Assembly (NCBI RefSeq): GCF_003018255.1
Contig: NZ_CP027440.1
Reading direction: 5' to 3' (one strand)
DNA: 64,000 nucleotides
Source of the DNA: Escherichia coli
GTDB lineage: Bacteria > Pseudomonadota > Gammaproteobacteria > Enterobacterales > Enterobacteriaceae
In this document: positions 1 to 14,032 of the stretch, one piece after another
Position numbering within the stretch: position 1 is the first letter of the stretch
How the letters are laid out: every line of letters starts with the position of its first letter
Notes under the pieces: model-generated
The model's input: only the letters and a program-made list of their open reading frames with translations
Told to the model about the DNA's origin: nothing
The model's database searches: none
Program-made: the position numbers and the translations under genes

Positions 1-253
1 AAAACGATTAAATGCGAGAGTGCGACATGCCAGAATGATTAATGAAATATCAATATGAGAAAATTACAGATAATTCCATTGTCAGGTTCTCTTCTCATTT
101 TCGTGGTTTAACCACGATTATGTGATTACCTCCGCAATTCCTGTCTCTAACTCCCCTTCCTCGCAAAACTGGCACTCCACGAGCATGTATTTAGACAGTT
201 TCATGAACGTAAACGGTTGCTTTTTACTCTGGCGGGCGAAAGGAGAAACACTG

Positions 254-1702
254 ATGAGCGCCATAGATTCCCAACTTCCCTCATCTTCTGGGCAAGACCG
301 CCCAACTGATGAGGTTGACCGCATATTATCACCAGGAAAGCTGATCATACTCGGTCTGCAACACGTCCTTGTCATGTACGCAGGTGCAGTCGCTGTTCCT
401 CTTATGATTGGCGACCGACTGGGCCTCTCAAAAGAAGCTATTGCGATGCTCATTAGCTCGGATCTCTTTTGCTGCGGGATCGTCACATTATTGCAATGTA
501 TCGGTATCGGCCGCTTTATGGGGATCCGCCTGCCGGTGATTATGTCGGTGACCTTCGCCGCTGTAACACCAATGATAGCCATTGGGATGAACCCGGATAT
601 CGGCCTGCTGGGGATATTTGGTGCCACTATCGCCGCGGGTTTTATCACCACATTATTAGCGCCACTTATCGGTCGCTTGATGCCTTTATTCCCGCCACTG
701 GTTACCGGTGTGGTTATTACTTCTATCGGACTTAGCATCATTCAGGTGGGTATTGACTGGGCCGCAGGAGGTAAAGGGAATCCGCAATATGGTAATCCCG
801 TTTATTTAGGTATCTCCTTTGCCGTCTTAATTTTTATCTTGCTCATTACTCGCTATGCGAAAGGATTTATGTCCAACGTCGCCGTATTACTGGGGATTGT
901 ATTTGGCTTTTTACTTTCGTGGATGATGAATGAAGTCAATTTATCCGGGCTACATGATGCCTCGTGGTTTGCGATTGTCACCCCGATGTCGTTTGGTATG
1001 CCGATTTTTGATCCCGTTTCCATTCTGACCATGACTGCCGTGTTAATCATCGTGTTTATCGAGTCGATGGGGATGTTCCTGGCACTGGGTGAAATAGTTG
1101 GTCGTAAACTCTCTTCACACGATATTATTCGCGGGCTGCGTGTCGATGGCGTAGGGACAATGATAGGCGGAACGTTTAACAGCTTCCCCCATACGTCATT
1201 TTCACAAAACGTTGGCCTGGTTAGCGTGACGCGCGTTCATAGCCGCTGGGTGTGTATTTCTTCGGGAATTATATTAATCCTGTTTGGCATGGTGCCAAAA
1301 ATGGCGGTGCTGGTCGCCTCCATTCCGCAATTTGTGCTGGGCGGTGCTGGGCTGGTGATGTTCGGCATGGTACTGGCGACAGGGATTCGAATTCTGTCGC
1401 GCTGTAACTACACCACCAACCGTTACAACCTCTATATTGTGGCGATCAGTCTCGGCGTTGGCATGACGCCAACGCTCTCTCACGATTTCTTTTCTAAGTT
1501 ACCGGCCGTACTGCAACCGTTGCTGCATAGCGGCATTATGCTCGCAACCCTTAGCGCCGTTGTGCTGAACGTCTTCTTTAATGGCTATCAGCATCATGCT
1601 GATCTGGTGAAGGAATCCGTCTCTGATAAAGATTTAAAAGTCAGGACAGTACGTATGTGGCTTCTGATGCGCAAGCTGAAGAAAAATGAGCATGGAGAAT
1701 AA
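254..1702 (+). CDS. uacT: Uric acid/xanthine permease, NCS2 nucleobase:cation symporter family (482 aa)
   Basis: ORF 122-1702 trimmed to the ATG at 254, preceded by AAGGAG; polytopic membrane protein with the NCS2 fold; sits upstream of idi as ygfU/uacT does in K-12. Confidence 0.8.
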   Translation: MSAIDSQLPSSSGQDRPTDEVDRILSPGKLIILGLQHVLVMYAGAVAVPLMIGDRLGLSKEAIAMLISSDLFCCGIVTLLQCIGIGRFMGIRLPVIMSVTFAAVTPMIAIGMNPDIGLLGIFGATIAAGFITTLLAPLIGRLMPLFPPLVTGVVITSIGLSIIQVGIDWAAGGKGNPQYGNPVYLGISFAVLIFILLITRYAKGFMSNVAVLLGIVFGFLLSWMMNEVNLSGLHDASWFAIVTPMSFGMPIFDPVSILTMTAVLIIVFIESMGMFLALGEIVGRKLSSHDIIRGLRVDGVGTMIGGTFNSFPHTSFSQNVGLVSVTRVHSRWVCISSGIILILFGMVPKMAVLVASIPQFVLGGAGLVMFGMVLATGIRILSRCNYTTNRYNLYIVAISLGVGMTPTLSHDFFSKLPAVLQPLLHSGIMLATLSAVVLNVFFNGYQHHADLVKESVSDKDLKVRTVRMWLLMRKLKKNEHGE

Positions 1703-1703
1703 T

Positions 1704-1829
1704 ATGAATCTTTTAATGCGCGCTATATTCAGTCTGCTGTTGATTTTTACTCTCTCTATTCCTGTCATTTCTGATTGTGTTGCAATGGCCATTGAAAGTC
1801 GCTTCAAATATATGATGCTGCTTTTTTAA
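1704..1829 (+). CDS. yqfG: Small hydrophobic protein (41 aa), YqfG-like
   Basis: ATG 2 nt after the uacT stop; read from sequence as MNLLMRAIFSLLLIFTLSIPVISDCVAMAIESRFKYMMLLF; below the ORF-track size cutoff; position matches the small K-12 gene between ygfU and idi. Confidence 0.35.
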   Translation: MNLLMRAIFSLLLIFTLSIPVISDCVAMAIESRFKYMMLLF

Positions 1830-1951
1830 ATGGTTTTTACCTGTCGACATCCGCTCAAAACGGGCGGTTGTCGATAAACGCTCACTTGGTTAATCATTTC
1901 ACTCTTCTATTATCTATAATGATGAGTGATCAGAATTACATGTGAGATATT

Positions 1952-2500
1952 ATGCAAACGGAACACGTCATTTTATTGAATGCACAGGGAGTTCCCACGG
2001 GTACGCTGGAAAAGTATGCCGCACACACGGCAGACACCCTCTTACATCTCGCGTTTTCCAGTTGGCTGTTTAATGCCAAAGGGCAATTATTAGTTACCCG
2101 CCGCGCCCTTAGCAAAAAAGCGTGGCCTGGCGTGTGGACTAACTCGGTTTGTGGGCACCCACAACTGGGAGAAAGCAACGAAGACGCGGTGATCCGCCGT
2201 TGCCGTTATGAGCTTGGCGTGGAAATTACGCCTCCTGAATCTATCTATCCTGACTTCTACTATCGCGCCACCGATCCGAATGGCATTGTGGAAAATGAAG
2301 TGTGTCCGGTATTTGCCGCACGCACCACCAGTGCGTTACAGATCAACGATGATGAAGTGATGGATTATCAATGGTGTGATTTAGCAGATGTATTACACGG
2401 TATTGATGCCACGCCGTGGGCGTTCAGTCCGTGGATGGTGATGCAGGCAGCCAATAGTGAAGCAAGAAAATTGTTGTCTGCTTTCGCGCAGCACAATTAA
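1952..2500 (+). CDS. idi: Isopentenyl-diphosphate delta-isomerase (182 aa)
   Basis: ORF 1952-2500; Nudix-type IPP isomerase sequence; conserved position upstream of convergent lysS. Confidence 0.9.
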   Translation: MQTEHVILLNAQGVPTGTLEKYAAHTADTLLHLAFSSWLFNAKGQLLVTRRALSKKAWPGVWTNSVCGHPQLGESNEDAVIRRCRYELGVEITPPESIYPDFYYRATDPNGIVENEVCPVFAARTTSALQINDDEVMDYQWCDLADVLHGIDATPWAFSPWMVMQAANSEARKLLSAFAQHN

Positions 2501-2502
2501 AA

Positions 2503-2524
2503 AACCCCGACATTTGCCGGGGTT
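2503..2524. terminator. Bidirectional rho-independent terminator between idi and lysS
   Basis: Hairpin AACCCCG-acatttgc-CGGGGTT with an A-run on the + side and a T-run on the - strand; lies between convergent stops at 2500 and 2543. Confidence 0.55.
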
Positions 2525-2542
2525 GTGAGCATAACGTAATGC

Positions 2543-4060
2543 TTATTTCACCGGACGCATCGCCGGGAACAGAATAACGTCGCGGATGGTATGACTGTTG
2601 GTGAACAGCATTACCATACGGTCGATACCAATTCCCAGACCTGCTGTCGGCGGTAAGCCGTGTTCCAGTGCGGTGACGTAATCTTCGTCGTAGAACATCG
2701 CTTCGTCGTCACCTGCATCTTTCGCGGCAACCTGATCCAGGAAGCGCTGCGCCTGATCTTCCGCGTCATTCAGCTCGCTAAAGCCGTTACCGATTTCACG
2801 CCCACCAATGAAGAACTCAAAGCGGTCTGTGATTTCCGGGTTAACGTCGTTACGACGCGCCAGAGGAGAAACTTCTGCCGGATATTCAGTAATGAAGGTC
2901 GGCTGGATCAGATGTGCTTCTGCCACTTCTTCGAAGATCTCGGTAACGATACGGCCCAGACCCCAGCTCTTCTCAACGTGGATGCCGATAGATTCAGCAA
3001 TCGCTTTCGCAGAGTCGAAGTTGTCCAGATCCGCCATGTCGGTTTCCGGGCGATATTTCTTGATCGCTTCACGCATGGTCAGTTTTTCGAACGGTTTACC
3101 GAAGTCCAGCGTTACGTCGCCGTAGGTCACTTCCGTCTTACCGAGAATATCCTGTGCCAGAGTACGGAACAGCGATTCGGTCAGCTCGATCAGATCTTTG
3201 TAATCTGCGTAAGCCATATAGAGTTCCATCATGGTGAACTCTGGGTTATGACGTACGGAAATACCTTCGTTACGGAAGTTACGGTTGATTTCGAATACAC
3301 GCTCGAAGCCACCGACCACCAGACGCTTGAGGTACAGTTCCGGCGCGATACGCAGGTACATGTCGAGATCCAGCGCATTATGGTGGGTGATGAACGGACG
3401 CGCAGCGGCACCGCCAGGGATCACCTGCATCATCGGCGTTTCAACTTCCATAAAGCCGCGGTTCACCATGAACTGGCGAATACCAGAGAGGATCTGCGAG
3501 CGCACTTTAAAGGTGTTGCGGGATTCATCGTTAGAGATGAGATCCAGATAACGCTGACGATAGCGCGCTTCCTGATCCTGCAAGCCGTGGAATTTATCCG
3601 GCAGCGGACGCAGTGCTTTGGTCAGCAGACGCAGCTCGGTACAGTGGATAGACAGTTCGCCGGTTTTGGTTTTGAACAGTTTACCTTTCGCGCCGAGGAT
3701 ATCGCCGAGGTCCCATTTTTTGAACTGCTCGTTGTAAACGCCTTCCGGCAGATCGTCACGGGCAACGTACAGCTGAATGCGGCCCCCCACGTCCTGCAGG
3801 GTAACGAAAGACGCTTTACCCATAATACGACGGGTCATCATGCGGCCGGCAACGGCGACTTCGATGTTCAGCGCTTCCAGTTCTTCGTTCTCTTTACCGT
3901 CGAATTCTGCGTGCAATTGGTCAGAGGTATGATCGCGACGGAAATCGTTCGGGAAGGCAATCCCCTGCTCGCGCAGGTTCGCCAGCTTCTCACGACGCGT
4001 TTTCAGTTCATTGTTAAGATCGACTACCGCGTCAGCGCCCTGTGCGTGTTGTTCAGACAT
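2543..4060 (-). CDS. lysS: Lysyl-tRNA synthetase, constitutive (505 aa)
   Basis: ORF 2543-4060; class II aaRS sequence; start lies 10 nt downstream of the prfB stop, as in the prfB-lysS operon. Confidence 0.95.
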
Positions 4061-4069
4061 GTTGGTTCC

Positions 4070-5168
4070 TCATAACCCTGCTTTCAAACTTGCTTCGATA
4101 AATTGATCCAGGCTGCCGTCCAGCACGGCCTGCGTGTTACGGGTTTCTACCCCGGTACGCAGATCTTTAATGCGGGAGTCATCAAGGACATAAGAACGAA
4201 TCTGGCTGCCCCAGCCGATGTCGGATTTGTTATCTTCCATCGCCTGCTTCTCGGCATTTTTCTTCTGCATCTCCAGTTCATAAAGCTTCGCTTTCATCTG
4301 CTTCATGGCCTGGTCTTTGTTCTTGTGCTGGGAACGGTCGTTCTGGCACTGGGTCACGATCCCAGTTGGGATGTGAGTAATACGCACCGCAGATTCGGTA
4401 CGGTTAACGTGCTGACCGCCCGCGCCGGACGCGCGATAAACGTCAATGCGCAGATCCGCCGGGTTGATTTCGATATCAATATCATCATCAACTTCCGGGT
4501 AAACAAACGCAGAGCTGAACGACGTGTGGCGACGACCGCCGGAGTCAAACGGGCTCTTACGCACCAGGCGGTGAACGCCAGTTTCTGTACGCAGCCAGCC
4601 GTAAGCGTAATCGCCGGAGATTTTGATCGTCACGGATTTAATACCCGCCACTTCACCTTCCGACTCTTCGATGATTTCAGTTTTGAAACCACGCGATTCT
4701 GCCCAGCGCAGATACATACGCTCAAGCATGCTCGCCCAGTCCTGTGCTTCCGTACCGCCAGACCCCGCCTGAATATCGAGGTAGCAGTCGGCGCTGTCAT
4801 ATTCGCCAGAGAACATACGGCGGAACTCAAGCTGCGCCAGTTTTTCTTCCAGAGCGTCGAGTTCAGCAACGGCTTCGTTAAAGGTTTCTTCGTCGTCAGC
4901 TTCTACAGCCAGTTCCAGCAGACCAGAAACATCTTCCAGCCCCTGTTTCATTTGGTCGAGGGTATCGACAACGGCTTCGAGAGAGGAACGCTCTTTACCC
5001 AGCGCCTGTGCGCGTTCGGGTTCGTTCCAGACATCCGGCTGTTCCAGCTCGGCGTTTACTTCTTCCAGACGCTCTTTCTTGGCGTCATAGTCAAAGATAC
5101 CCCCTAAGAACGTCGGAGCGTTCCGTGAGGTCCTGAATGCGATTATTTACCGGATTAATTTCAAACAT
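4070..5168 (-). CDS. prfB: Peptide chain release factor 2 (365 aa) with programmed +1 ribosomal frameshift
   Basis: ATG at 5168; 25 codons in frame 0 end in CTT followed by in-frame TGA (plus-strand 5091-5096), with an AGGGGG SD-like element just upstream; the +1 frame continues to the stop at 4070; track ORF 4070-4951 is the downstream part. Confidence 0.9.
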
Positions 5169-5258
5169 GGTCTGATTTCTTTTATTGAGCTAGTCAAAAT
5201 GCGGTGATAAGAGCGGGATTGTACCCAATCCACGCTCTTTTTTATAGAGAAGATGACG

Positions 5259-6992
5259 CTAAATTGGCCAGATATTGTCGATGATAATTTGCAGGCTGCG
5301 GTTGCCGCGAAACTCGTTGATATCGAGCTTGTAAGCCAGTTGCACTTCGCGCACGCCGTTATCCGGCCAGAGGGCGGTATCGACATTAAAAGCAATACCA
5401 TCCAGCAGCGGACCGCCGCCGACCGGCTCGACCATGACTTTCAAATGACGCTCGCCCACCAGCCGCTGTTGCAGCAGACGGAAATGACCGTCAAACAGCG
5501 GCTCCGGGAACATCTGCCCCCACGGGCCAGCATCGCGCAGCAGCTGCGCCACTTCCATAGTCATTTCGGCCGGGCTTAACGGACCGTCTGACACCACTTC
5601 GCCTTGCAATAGTGAAGGATCCAGCCACTCGGTAACCAGCTCGCCAAACCGTTGTTGAAAGAGTTCGAATTTATCCTCTTCCAGCGACAAACCCGCCGCC
5701 ATCGCATGGCCGCCAAACTTGAGCATCATGCCGGGGTAGAGTGTGTCTAATCGCTCCAGCGCATCACGCATATGCAGCCCCTGAATGGAGCGACCGGAAC
5801 CTTTCAGCGTACCGTCACCTGCTGGCGCAAACGCGATAACCGGACGGTGAAAACGCTCTTTGATGCGCGAAGCCAGAATACCGACAACGCCCTGATGCCA
5901 TTCGGGGTGGTACATTGCCAGCCCGCCGGGTAACGTGTCGCGGCTGCGCTCCAGTTTCTCGCACAGGGTCAGGGCTTCAATCTGCATTCCTTGTTCGATC
6001 TCTTTTCGCGTCTGGTTTAGCGCATCGAGTTCATTTGCCAGCACGCGCGCTTCGCCGATGTTGTCGCACAGCAACAGCGCCACACCGACGGACATATCGT
6101 CCAGTCGCCCGGCAGCATTGAGACGTGGCCCCAGCGCAAAACCTAAATCGCTGGCGGCGAGTTTTAGTGCATCACGGTTTGCCACTTCCAGCAGCGCTTT
6201 AATCCCTGGACGGCACTTTCCGGCACGGATGCGACTCATCCCCTGCCAGGTGAGGATGCGGTTATTGGCGTCCAGCGGCACGACGTCCGCCACTGTCCCC
6301 AACGCTACCAGATCCAGCAGTTCTGCCAGGTTAGGAATTGCGACGCCGCGCTCATCAAACCAGCCCTGATCGCGCAAAAAGGTGCGCAGCGCCAGCATCA
6401 GATAAAACGCCACACCCACGCCTGCCAGTGATTTCGACGGAAAATTACAGTCGCGCAAGTTAGGGTTAATGATCGCTTCCGCCGCGGGTAATGTTTCGCC
6501 CGGCAAATGGTGATCGGTAACAATAACCGGAATGCCCAACGAGCGAGCGTGTTCAACGCCCGAATGGGAGGAAATACCGTTATCCACCGTGACAATTAAC
6601 TGCGCGCCACGGGCATGGGCCTGATCGACCACTTCCGGGCTTAAGCCGTAACCGTCTTCGAAACGGTTTGGAACCAGGTAGTCGATATTGCTGCAACCAA
6701 GCGAGCGCATCGCCAGCACGCTTAGAGCCGTGCTGGTCGCACCGTCGGCGTCGAAATCACCGACCACAATAATCCGCGTTCCTTCGCGAAAAGCGTTGTA
6801 AAGGATCTCAACGGCCTTTTCGACGCCGCTCAGTTGCTGCCAGGGCAGCATGCCTTTAACACTGCGTTCCAGTTCCTGCGCGCTACGCACACCCCGGCTG
6901 GCATATAAACGGCGCAGCAAGGGAGGCAATTCAGCGGGCAAGTCGGCCGTTTCATCGACTTCTCGGCGACGAAGTTGTATCTGTTGTTTCAC
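5259..6992 (-). CDS. recJ: Single-stranded-DNA-specific 5'-3' exonuclease RecJ (577 aa)
   Basis: ORF 5259-6992; DHH/DHHA1 phosphoesterase sequence; position between prfB and dsbC. Confidence 0.9.
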   Translation of the reverse strand: MKQQIQLRRREVDETADLPAELPPLLRRLYASRGVRSAQELERSVKGMLPWQQLSGVEKAVEILYNAFREGTRIIVVGDFDADGATSTALSVLAMRSLGCSNIDYLVPNRFEDGYGLSPEVVDQAHARGAQLIVTVDNGISSHSGVEHARSLGIPVIVTDHHLPGETLPAAEAIINPNLRDCNFPSKSLAGVGVAFYLMLALRTFLRDQGWFDERGVAIPNLAELLDLVALGTVADVVPLDANNRILTWQGMSRIRAGKCRPGIKALLEVANRDALKLAASDLGFALGPRLNAAGRLDDMSVGVALLLCDNIGEARVLANELDALNQTRKEIEQGMQIEALTLCEKLERSRDTLPGGLAMYHPEWHQGVVGILASRIKERFHRPVIAFAPAGDGTLKGSGRSIQGLHMRDALERLDTLYPGMMLKFGGHAMAAGLSLEEDKFELFQQRFGELVTEWLDPSLLQGEVVSDGPLSPAEMTMEVAQLLRDAGPWGQMFPEPLFDGHFRLLQQRLVGERHLKVMVEPVGGGPLLDGIAFNVDTALWPDNGVREVQLAYKLDINEFRGNRSLQIIIDNIWPI

Positions 6993-6997
6993 GCGAA

Positions 6998-7708
6998 TTA
7001 TTTACCGCTGGTCATTTTTTGGTGTTCGTCGAGGAATTCTTTCATCTCTTTCGGCGGCTGGTAACCCGGAACAAGTGTGCCATTGCTCAGCACAATTGCC
7101 GGAGTGCCGCTAACGCCAAGCTGGACGCCAAGTGCGTAATGATCGGCAATATCCACGTCGCAGCTGGCTGGTGCGACGCTTTTACCTGCCATCACATCAT
7201 CAAACGCTTTGTTTTTATCTTTCGCACACCAGATAGCTTTCATTTCTTTCTCTGCATCGCTGTCCAGCCCCTGGCGCGGGAAAGCAAGATAACGCACGGT
7301 GATCCCCAGCGCGTTATAGTCTGCCATTTGCTCATGCAGTTTGTGGCAGTAACCACAGGTAATATCAGTAAACACGGTGATGACGTGTTTTTCCTGCGGC
7401 GCTTTATAAACGATCATCTCTTTTTCAAGCGCATTCAACTGCTTTAACAGCATCTTATTGGTGACATTGACCGGAGCCGTGCCACTAACGTCATACATTG
7501 GCCCCTGAATGATATGTTTACCATCATCGGTGATGTACAACACACCGCTGTTAGTCAGAACTGTCTTCATGCCAGCTACGGGCGCGGGCTGAATATCGCT
7601 GCTTTTGATGCCCATTTTGGCTAACGTTTGTTGAATTGCCGCGTCATCAGCCTGAACAAAGCCTGAAAACGCTGCCAACAAGGTAAATAACATAAAACCT
7701 TTCTTCAT
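6998..7708 (-). CDS. dsbC: Periplasmic thiol:disulfide interchange protein DsbC (236 aa)
   Basis: ORF 6998-7708; signal peptide and CGYC active-site motif visible in the translation. Confidence 0.9.
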   Translation of the reverse strand: MKKGFMLFTLLAAFSGFVQADDAAIQQTLAKMGIKSSDIQPAPVAGMKTVLTNSGVLYITDDGKHIIQGPMYDVSGTAPVNVTNKMLLKQLNALEKEMIVYKAPQEKHVITVFTDITCGYCHKLHEQMADYNALGITVRYLAFPRQGLDSDAEKEMKAIWCAKDKNKAFDDVMAGKSVAPASCDVDIADHYALGVQLGVSGTPAIVLSNGTLVPGYQPPKEMKEFLDEHQKMTSGK

Positions 7709-7732
7709 AAATTTTCCTGTTCTTTTCAGACA

Positions 7733-8629
7733 TCACGCCCGCGGGTGATGCTGTTGATGAAGTTGCCGCAGACGCTCGGTAGCGACATGCGTATAAATTT
7801 GCGTGGTGGAGAGATCGCTGTGGCCCAGTAGCATCTGCACCACGCGTAAATCCGCACCATGATTTAATAAGTGAGTGGCAAAAGCGTGACGCAACACATG
7901 CGGTGACAGCTTTTCGCTGTCGATACCCGCCAGCACGGCATAATGTTTAATGCGGTGCCAGAAGGTCTGTCGCGTCATCTGCTGCGCACGCTGGCTGGGA
8001 AACAACACGTCAATTGACACACCATTCAACAGCCACGGACGCCCATGTTCCAGATAGGTTTCCAGCCAGTAAACCGCCTCTTCACCTAACGGCACCAGGC
8101 GCTCTTTGTTGCCTTTACCAATGACCCGCACTACGCCCTGACGCAGGCTGATATCACTCATTGTCAGCCCGACCAGTTCAGAGACACGCAGTCCGGTAGC
8201 ATACAACACTTCAAGCATGGCTTTATCGCGTAGCTCCAGTGGCTGATCAATTAATGGTGCCTGTAATAAACGTTCGACCTGCGCTTCGCTTAAATCTTTT
8301 GGCAAACGCTGGGGCAATTTCGGTGAAGCGAGATGCGCACTGGGATCATCTTCACGAAACTTTTCGCGATAAAGATACTGGAACAATCGGCGCACTGCAC
8401 TCAGCAAACGCGCTGAGCTGGTGGCTTTATACCCGCCCTCCAGCCGTTCTGCCAGTAATGCCTGCAAATCGTCACTTTGCGCCGTCGCCAGCGTCAACCC
8501 GCGGTGATGCAACCACTCCACCATCATTGACAGATCGCGACGGTAAGCGTTCAACGTATTTTCAGCCAGATTTTTTTCCAGCCACAGAGCATCAAGAAAC
8601 TGCTCGATGCGTGCCAGATCCTGTTTCAC
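7733..8629 (-). CDS. xerD: Site-specific tyrosine recombinase XerD (298 aa)
   Basis: ORF 7733-8629; C-terminal catalytic region ending HxxRHxxAThLL...GHsdLsTTQIYTH; chromosomal dif recombinase, not a mobile-element integrase. Confidence 0.9.
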   Translation of the reverse strand: MKQDLARIEQFLDALWLEKNLAENTLNAYRRDLSMMVEWLHHRGLTLATAQSDDLQALLAERLEGGYKATSSARLLSAVRRLFQYLYREKFREDDPSAHLASPKLPQRLPKDLSEAQVERLLQAPLIDQPLELRDKAMLEVLYATGLRVSELVGLTMSDISLRQGVVRVIGKGNKERLVPLGEEAVYWLETYLEHGRPWLLNGVSIDVLFPSQRAQQMTRQTFWHRIKHYAVLAGIDSEKLSPHVLRHAFATHLLNHGADLRVVQMLLGHSDLSTTQIYTHVATERLRQLHQQHHPRA

Positions 8630-8740
8630 TTGCGCCCCTTATGGTCACTCATTTGATCCATTATGCCTTATTGTGCCGTGACTAAAGCGATTCTGATACA
8701 CTAGCCGCAAAAGCCACAGCAGAATCGAGAAGCTTACGTT

Positions 8741-9262
8741 ATGAATATGGGTCTTTTTTACGGTTCCAGCACCTGTTACACCGAAATGGCGGCAGAAAAA
8801 ATCCGCGATATTATCGGCCCAGAACTGGTGACCTTACATAACCTCAAGGACGACTCCCCGAAATTAATGGAGCAGTACGATGTGCTCATTCTGGGTATCC
8901 CGACCTGGGATTTTGGCGAAATCCAGGAAGACTGGGAAGCCGTCTGGGATCAGCTCGACGACCTGAACCTCGAAGGTAAAATTGTTGCGCTGTATGGGCT
9001 TGGCGATCAACTGGGATACGGCGAGTGGTTCCTCGATGCGCTCGGTATGCTGCATGACAAGCTCTCGACCAAAGGCGTGAAGTTCGTCGGCTACTGGCCA
9101 ACGGAAGGATATGAGTTTACCAGCCCGAAACCGGTGATTGCTGACGGGCAACTGTTCGTGGGTCTGGCGCTGGACGAAACTAACCAATATGACCTTAGCG
9201 ACGAGCGTATTCAGAACTGGTGCGAGCAAATCCTCAACGAAATGGCAGAGCATTACGCCTGA
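8741..9262 (+). CDS. fldB: Flavodoxin 2 (173 aa)
   Basis: ORF 8741-9262; long-chain flavodoxin sequence. Confidence 0.85.
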   Translation: MNMGLFYGSSTCYTEMAAEKIRDIIGPELVTLHNLKDDSPKLMEQYDVLILGIPTWDFGEIQEDWEAVWDQLDDLNLEGKIVALYGLGDQLGYGEWFLDALGMLHDKLSTKGVKFVGYWPTEGYEFTSPKPVIADGQLFVGLALDETNQYDLSDERIQNWCEQILNEMAEHYA

Positions 9263-9301
9263 TGTCACTGACGGCTTAGCGCATATGCTTTGCCGTCATC
9301 T

Positions 9302-9968
<667 letters not shown>

Positions 9969-10198
9969 TCACGAAAATCCAGTACCTGGCTATTGTAACG
10001 TGTTTTTCGACTTCTTTTGCGGGAATATCAGTAAACACAATCGCGATCGCGAAATTAATTCACAACAATTCAAGGGCTTCATTTTTTTGGAAGTCGCCTC
10101 GCAGAAGGCACAGATCGCGTAGTGAAAGCACTTGCATTGCCTCATAGCTCTTTTACCATTAGTCATTAATACGCCGTTAAGCAACTCAGGACTCTATT

Positions 10199-11179
10199 AT
10201 GGCTTTTACACCTTTTCCTCCCCGTCAGCCTACGGCGTCTGCCCGTTTACCGCTGACGCTGATAACGCTTGATGACTGGGCGCTTGCCACCATTACTGGC
10301 GCGGACAGCGAAAAATATATGCAGGGTCAGGTGACAGCAGATGTCAGCCAGATGACAGAAAATCAGCATCTGCTCGCCGCCCATTGCGACGCCAAAGGTA
10401 AAATGTGGAGCAATTTACGTCTGTTCCGCGACGGCGATGGCTTTGCATGGATTGAACGGCGCAGTGTGCGTGAACCGCAGCTGACTGAACTGAAAAAATA
10501 TGCGGTGTTCTCTAAAGTGACCATCGCGCCGGACGATGAGCGTGTGCTGCTTGGTGTTGCCGGTTTTCAGGCGCGCGCCGCGCTGGCAAATATCTTTAGT
10601 GAACTGCCTTCGAAAGAAAAACAGGTAGTTAAAGAAGGCGCGACCACTTTGCTATGGTTTGAACACCCTGCAGAACGTTTCCTGATCGTAACCGATGAAG
10701 CCACTGCCAATATGCTGACCGATAAACTGCGCGGTGAAGCGGAACTGAACAATAGCCAACAGTGGCTGGCATTAAACATTGAAGCGGGTTTCCCGGTGAT
10801 TGATGCCGCCAACAGCGGGCAGTTTATCCCACAGGCGACCAACCTCCAGGCGCTGGGCGGCATTAGCTTTAAAAAAGGCTGCTATACCGGACAAGAGATG
10901 GTGGCGCGAGCAAAATTCCGTGGTGCCAACAAACGCGCGCTCTGGTTGCTGAAGGGTAGCGCCAGCCGACTGCCGGAAGCGGGTGAAGACTTAGAGCTGA
11001 AAATGGGCGAGAACTGGCGTCGTACCGGTACGGTGCTGGCTGCGGTCAAACTGGAAGATGGTCAGGTTGTGGTGCAGGTTGTCATGAATAACGATATGGA
11101 ACCGGACAGCATCTTCCGCGTGCGTGACGATGCGAATACATTGCGTATCGAGCCACTGCCATATTCGCTGGAAGAGTAA
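10199..11179 (+). CDS. ygfZ: Folate-binding tRNA-modifying / Fe-S cluster repair protein YgfZ (326 aa)
   Basis: ORF 10199-11179; GcvT-like fold with the KGCYxGQE motif. Confidence 0.85.
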   Translation: MAFTPFPPRQPTASARLPLTLITLDDWALATITGADSEKYMQGQVTADVSQMTENQHLLAAHCDAKGKMWSNLRLFRDGDGFAWIERRSVREPQLTELKKYAVFSKVTIAPDDERVLLGVAGFQARAALANIFSELPSKEKQVVKEGATTLLWFEHPAERFLIVTDEATANMLTDKLRGEAELNNSQQWLALNIEAGFPVIDAANSGQFIPQATNLQALGGISFKKGCYTGQEMVARAKFRGANKRALWLLKGSASRLPEAGEDLELKMGENWRRTGTVLAAVKLEDGQVVVQVVMNNDMEPDSIFRVRDDANTLRIEPLPYSLEE

Positions 11180-11185
11180 ATCTCT

Positions 11186-11243
11186 GTATCGCATCAGGCA
11201 TTTATCGCCTGATGCGACACTGGTGTGTCTTTTCAGGCCTACA
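11186..11243. repeat. REP-type palindromic element downstream of ygfZ
   Basis: GTATCGCATCAGGC ... GCCTGATGCGACAC inverted repeat followed by ...TTTTCAGGCCTAC, matching REP consensus features. Confidence 0.55.
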
Positions 11244-11255
11244 ACGACGCACCAA

Positions 11256-11918
<663 letters not shown>

Positions 11919-12078
11919 TTACTCCGGAAAAACGTACACGCACATGTATACCTCTCCAGCGTAACTGAGAATAGTTCCAGTGAACACCTGTTAGCTAAAA
12001 TAAATTCTGATTTGAGATTAATCTCCGAAAAATCATGAAATTAAATGCGAAATTTCAACTAACAGGCGTGAGTTCAAT

Positions 12079-12390
12079 TTAAAGGCATTTAAATTCAATC
12101 ACATAAAACTGTGTCTGGTCGGGATAGATGTCGGCAATGACCTTTTTCAGTTCAGTCAGGGTCATATTTTCCTGCTTTGCATGTTTTTCCGTCAGCGTAT
12201 CCAGCGTTACGGTTGAGGTTGCGGTGACTTCAATCGTGCAAAAATAACTGTCATCTTCAAACCGTCCGACACGAAGCACATCACCCGTTTTGAAGTGCGA
12301 TTCAGACTCGTCGCGGATGGTGATGGTTTTACGCCCAGCCAGAATGTCATCCTGGAAACGTTGAAAAAAAGTGATGTCGTTTGGCTGCAT
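12079..12390 (-). CDS. yqfB: ASCH-domain protein, N4-acetylcytidine amidohydrolase (103 aa)
   Basis: ORF 12079-12390; position between yqfA and bglA. Confidence 0.75.
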   Translation of the reverse strand: MQPNDITFFQRFQDDILAGRKTITIRDESESHFKTGDVLRVGRFEDDSYFCTIEVTATSTVTLDTLTEKHAKQENMTLTELKKVIADIYPDQTQFYVIEFKCL

Positions 12391-12407
12391 GGTACTATTT
12401 CCTGTAA

Positions 12408-13868
<1,461 letters not shown>

Positions 13869-14032
13869 TTAGCCGATGTGCCTGATGTGCTCCGCTCATC
13901 AGGCCTGGCACTCTTTTAATATATTGAGCTCGCAATATTTTATATTACGCCTCAGTCGAAACACACAAAGCGCACTTTATTAACAAGCTAAAAGGCGCCG
14001 AAGCGCCTTTAGAAAATAGTCGAATCAGTGAA

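Noticed and set aside
2660-4075. 471-aa + strand ORF
   Set aside because: Entirely antisense to lysS; shadow ORF in a high-GC coding region.
4103-5107. 334-aa + strand ORF
   Set aside because: Antisense to prfB; the minus-strand reading, with the frameshift, gives full-length RF2.
7733-8629. Tyrosine recombinase as a possible integrase of a mobile element
   Set aside because: It is the chromosomal dimer-resolution recombinase XerD in its conserved dsbC-xerD-fldB context; no att repeats, phage or IS genes nearby.
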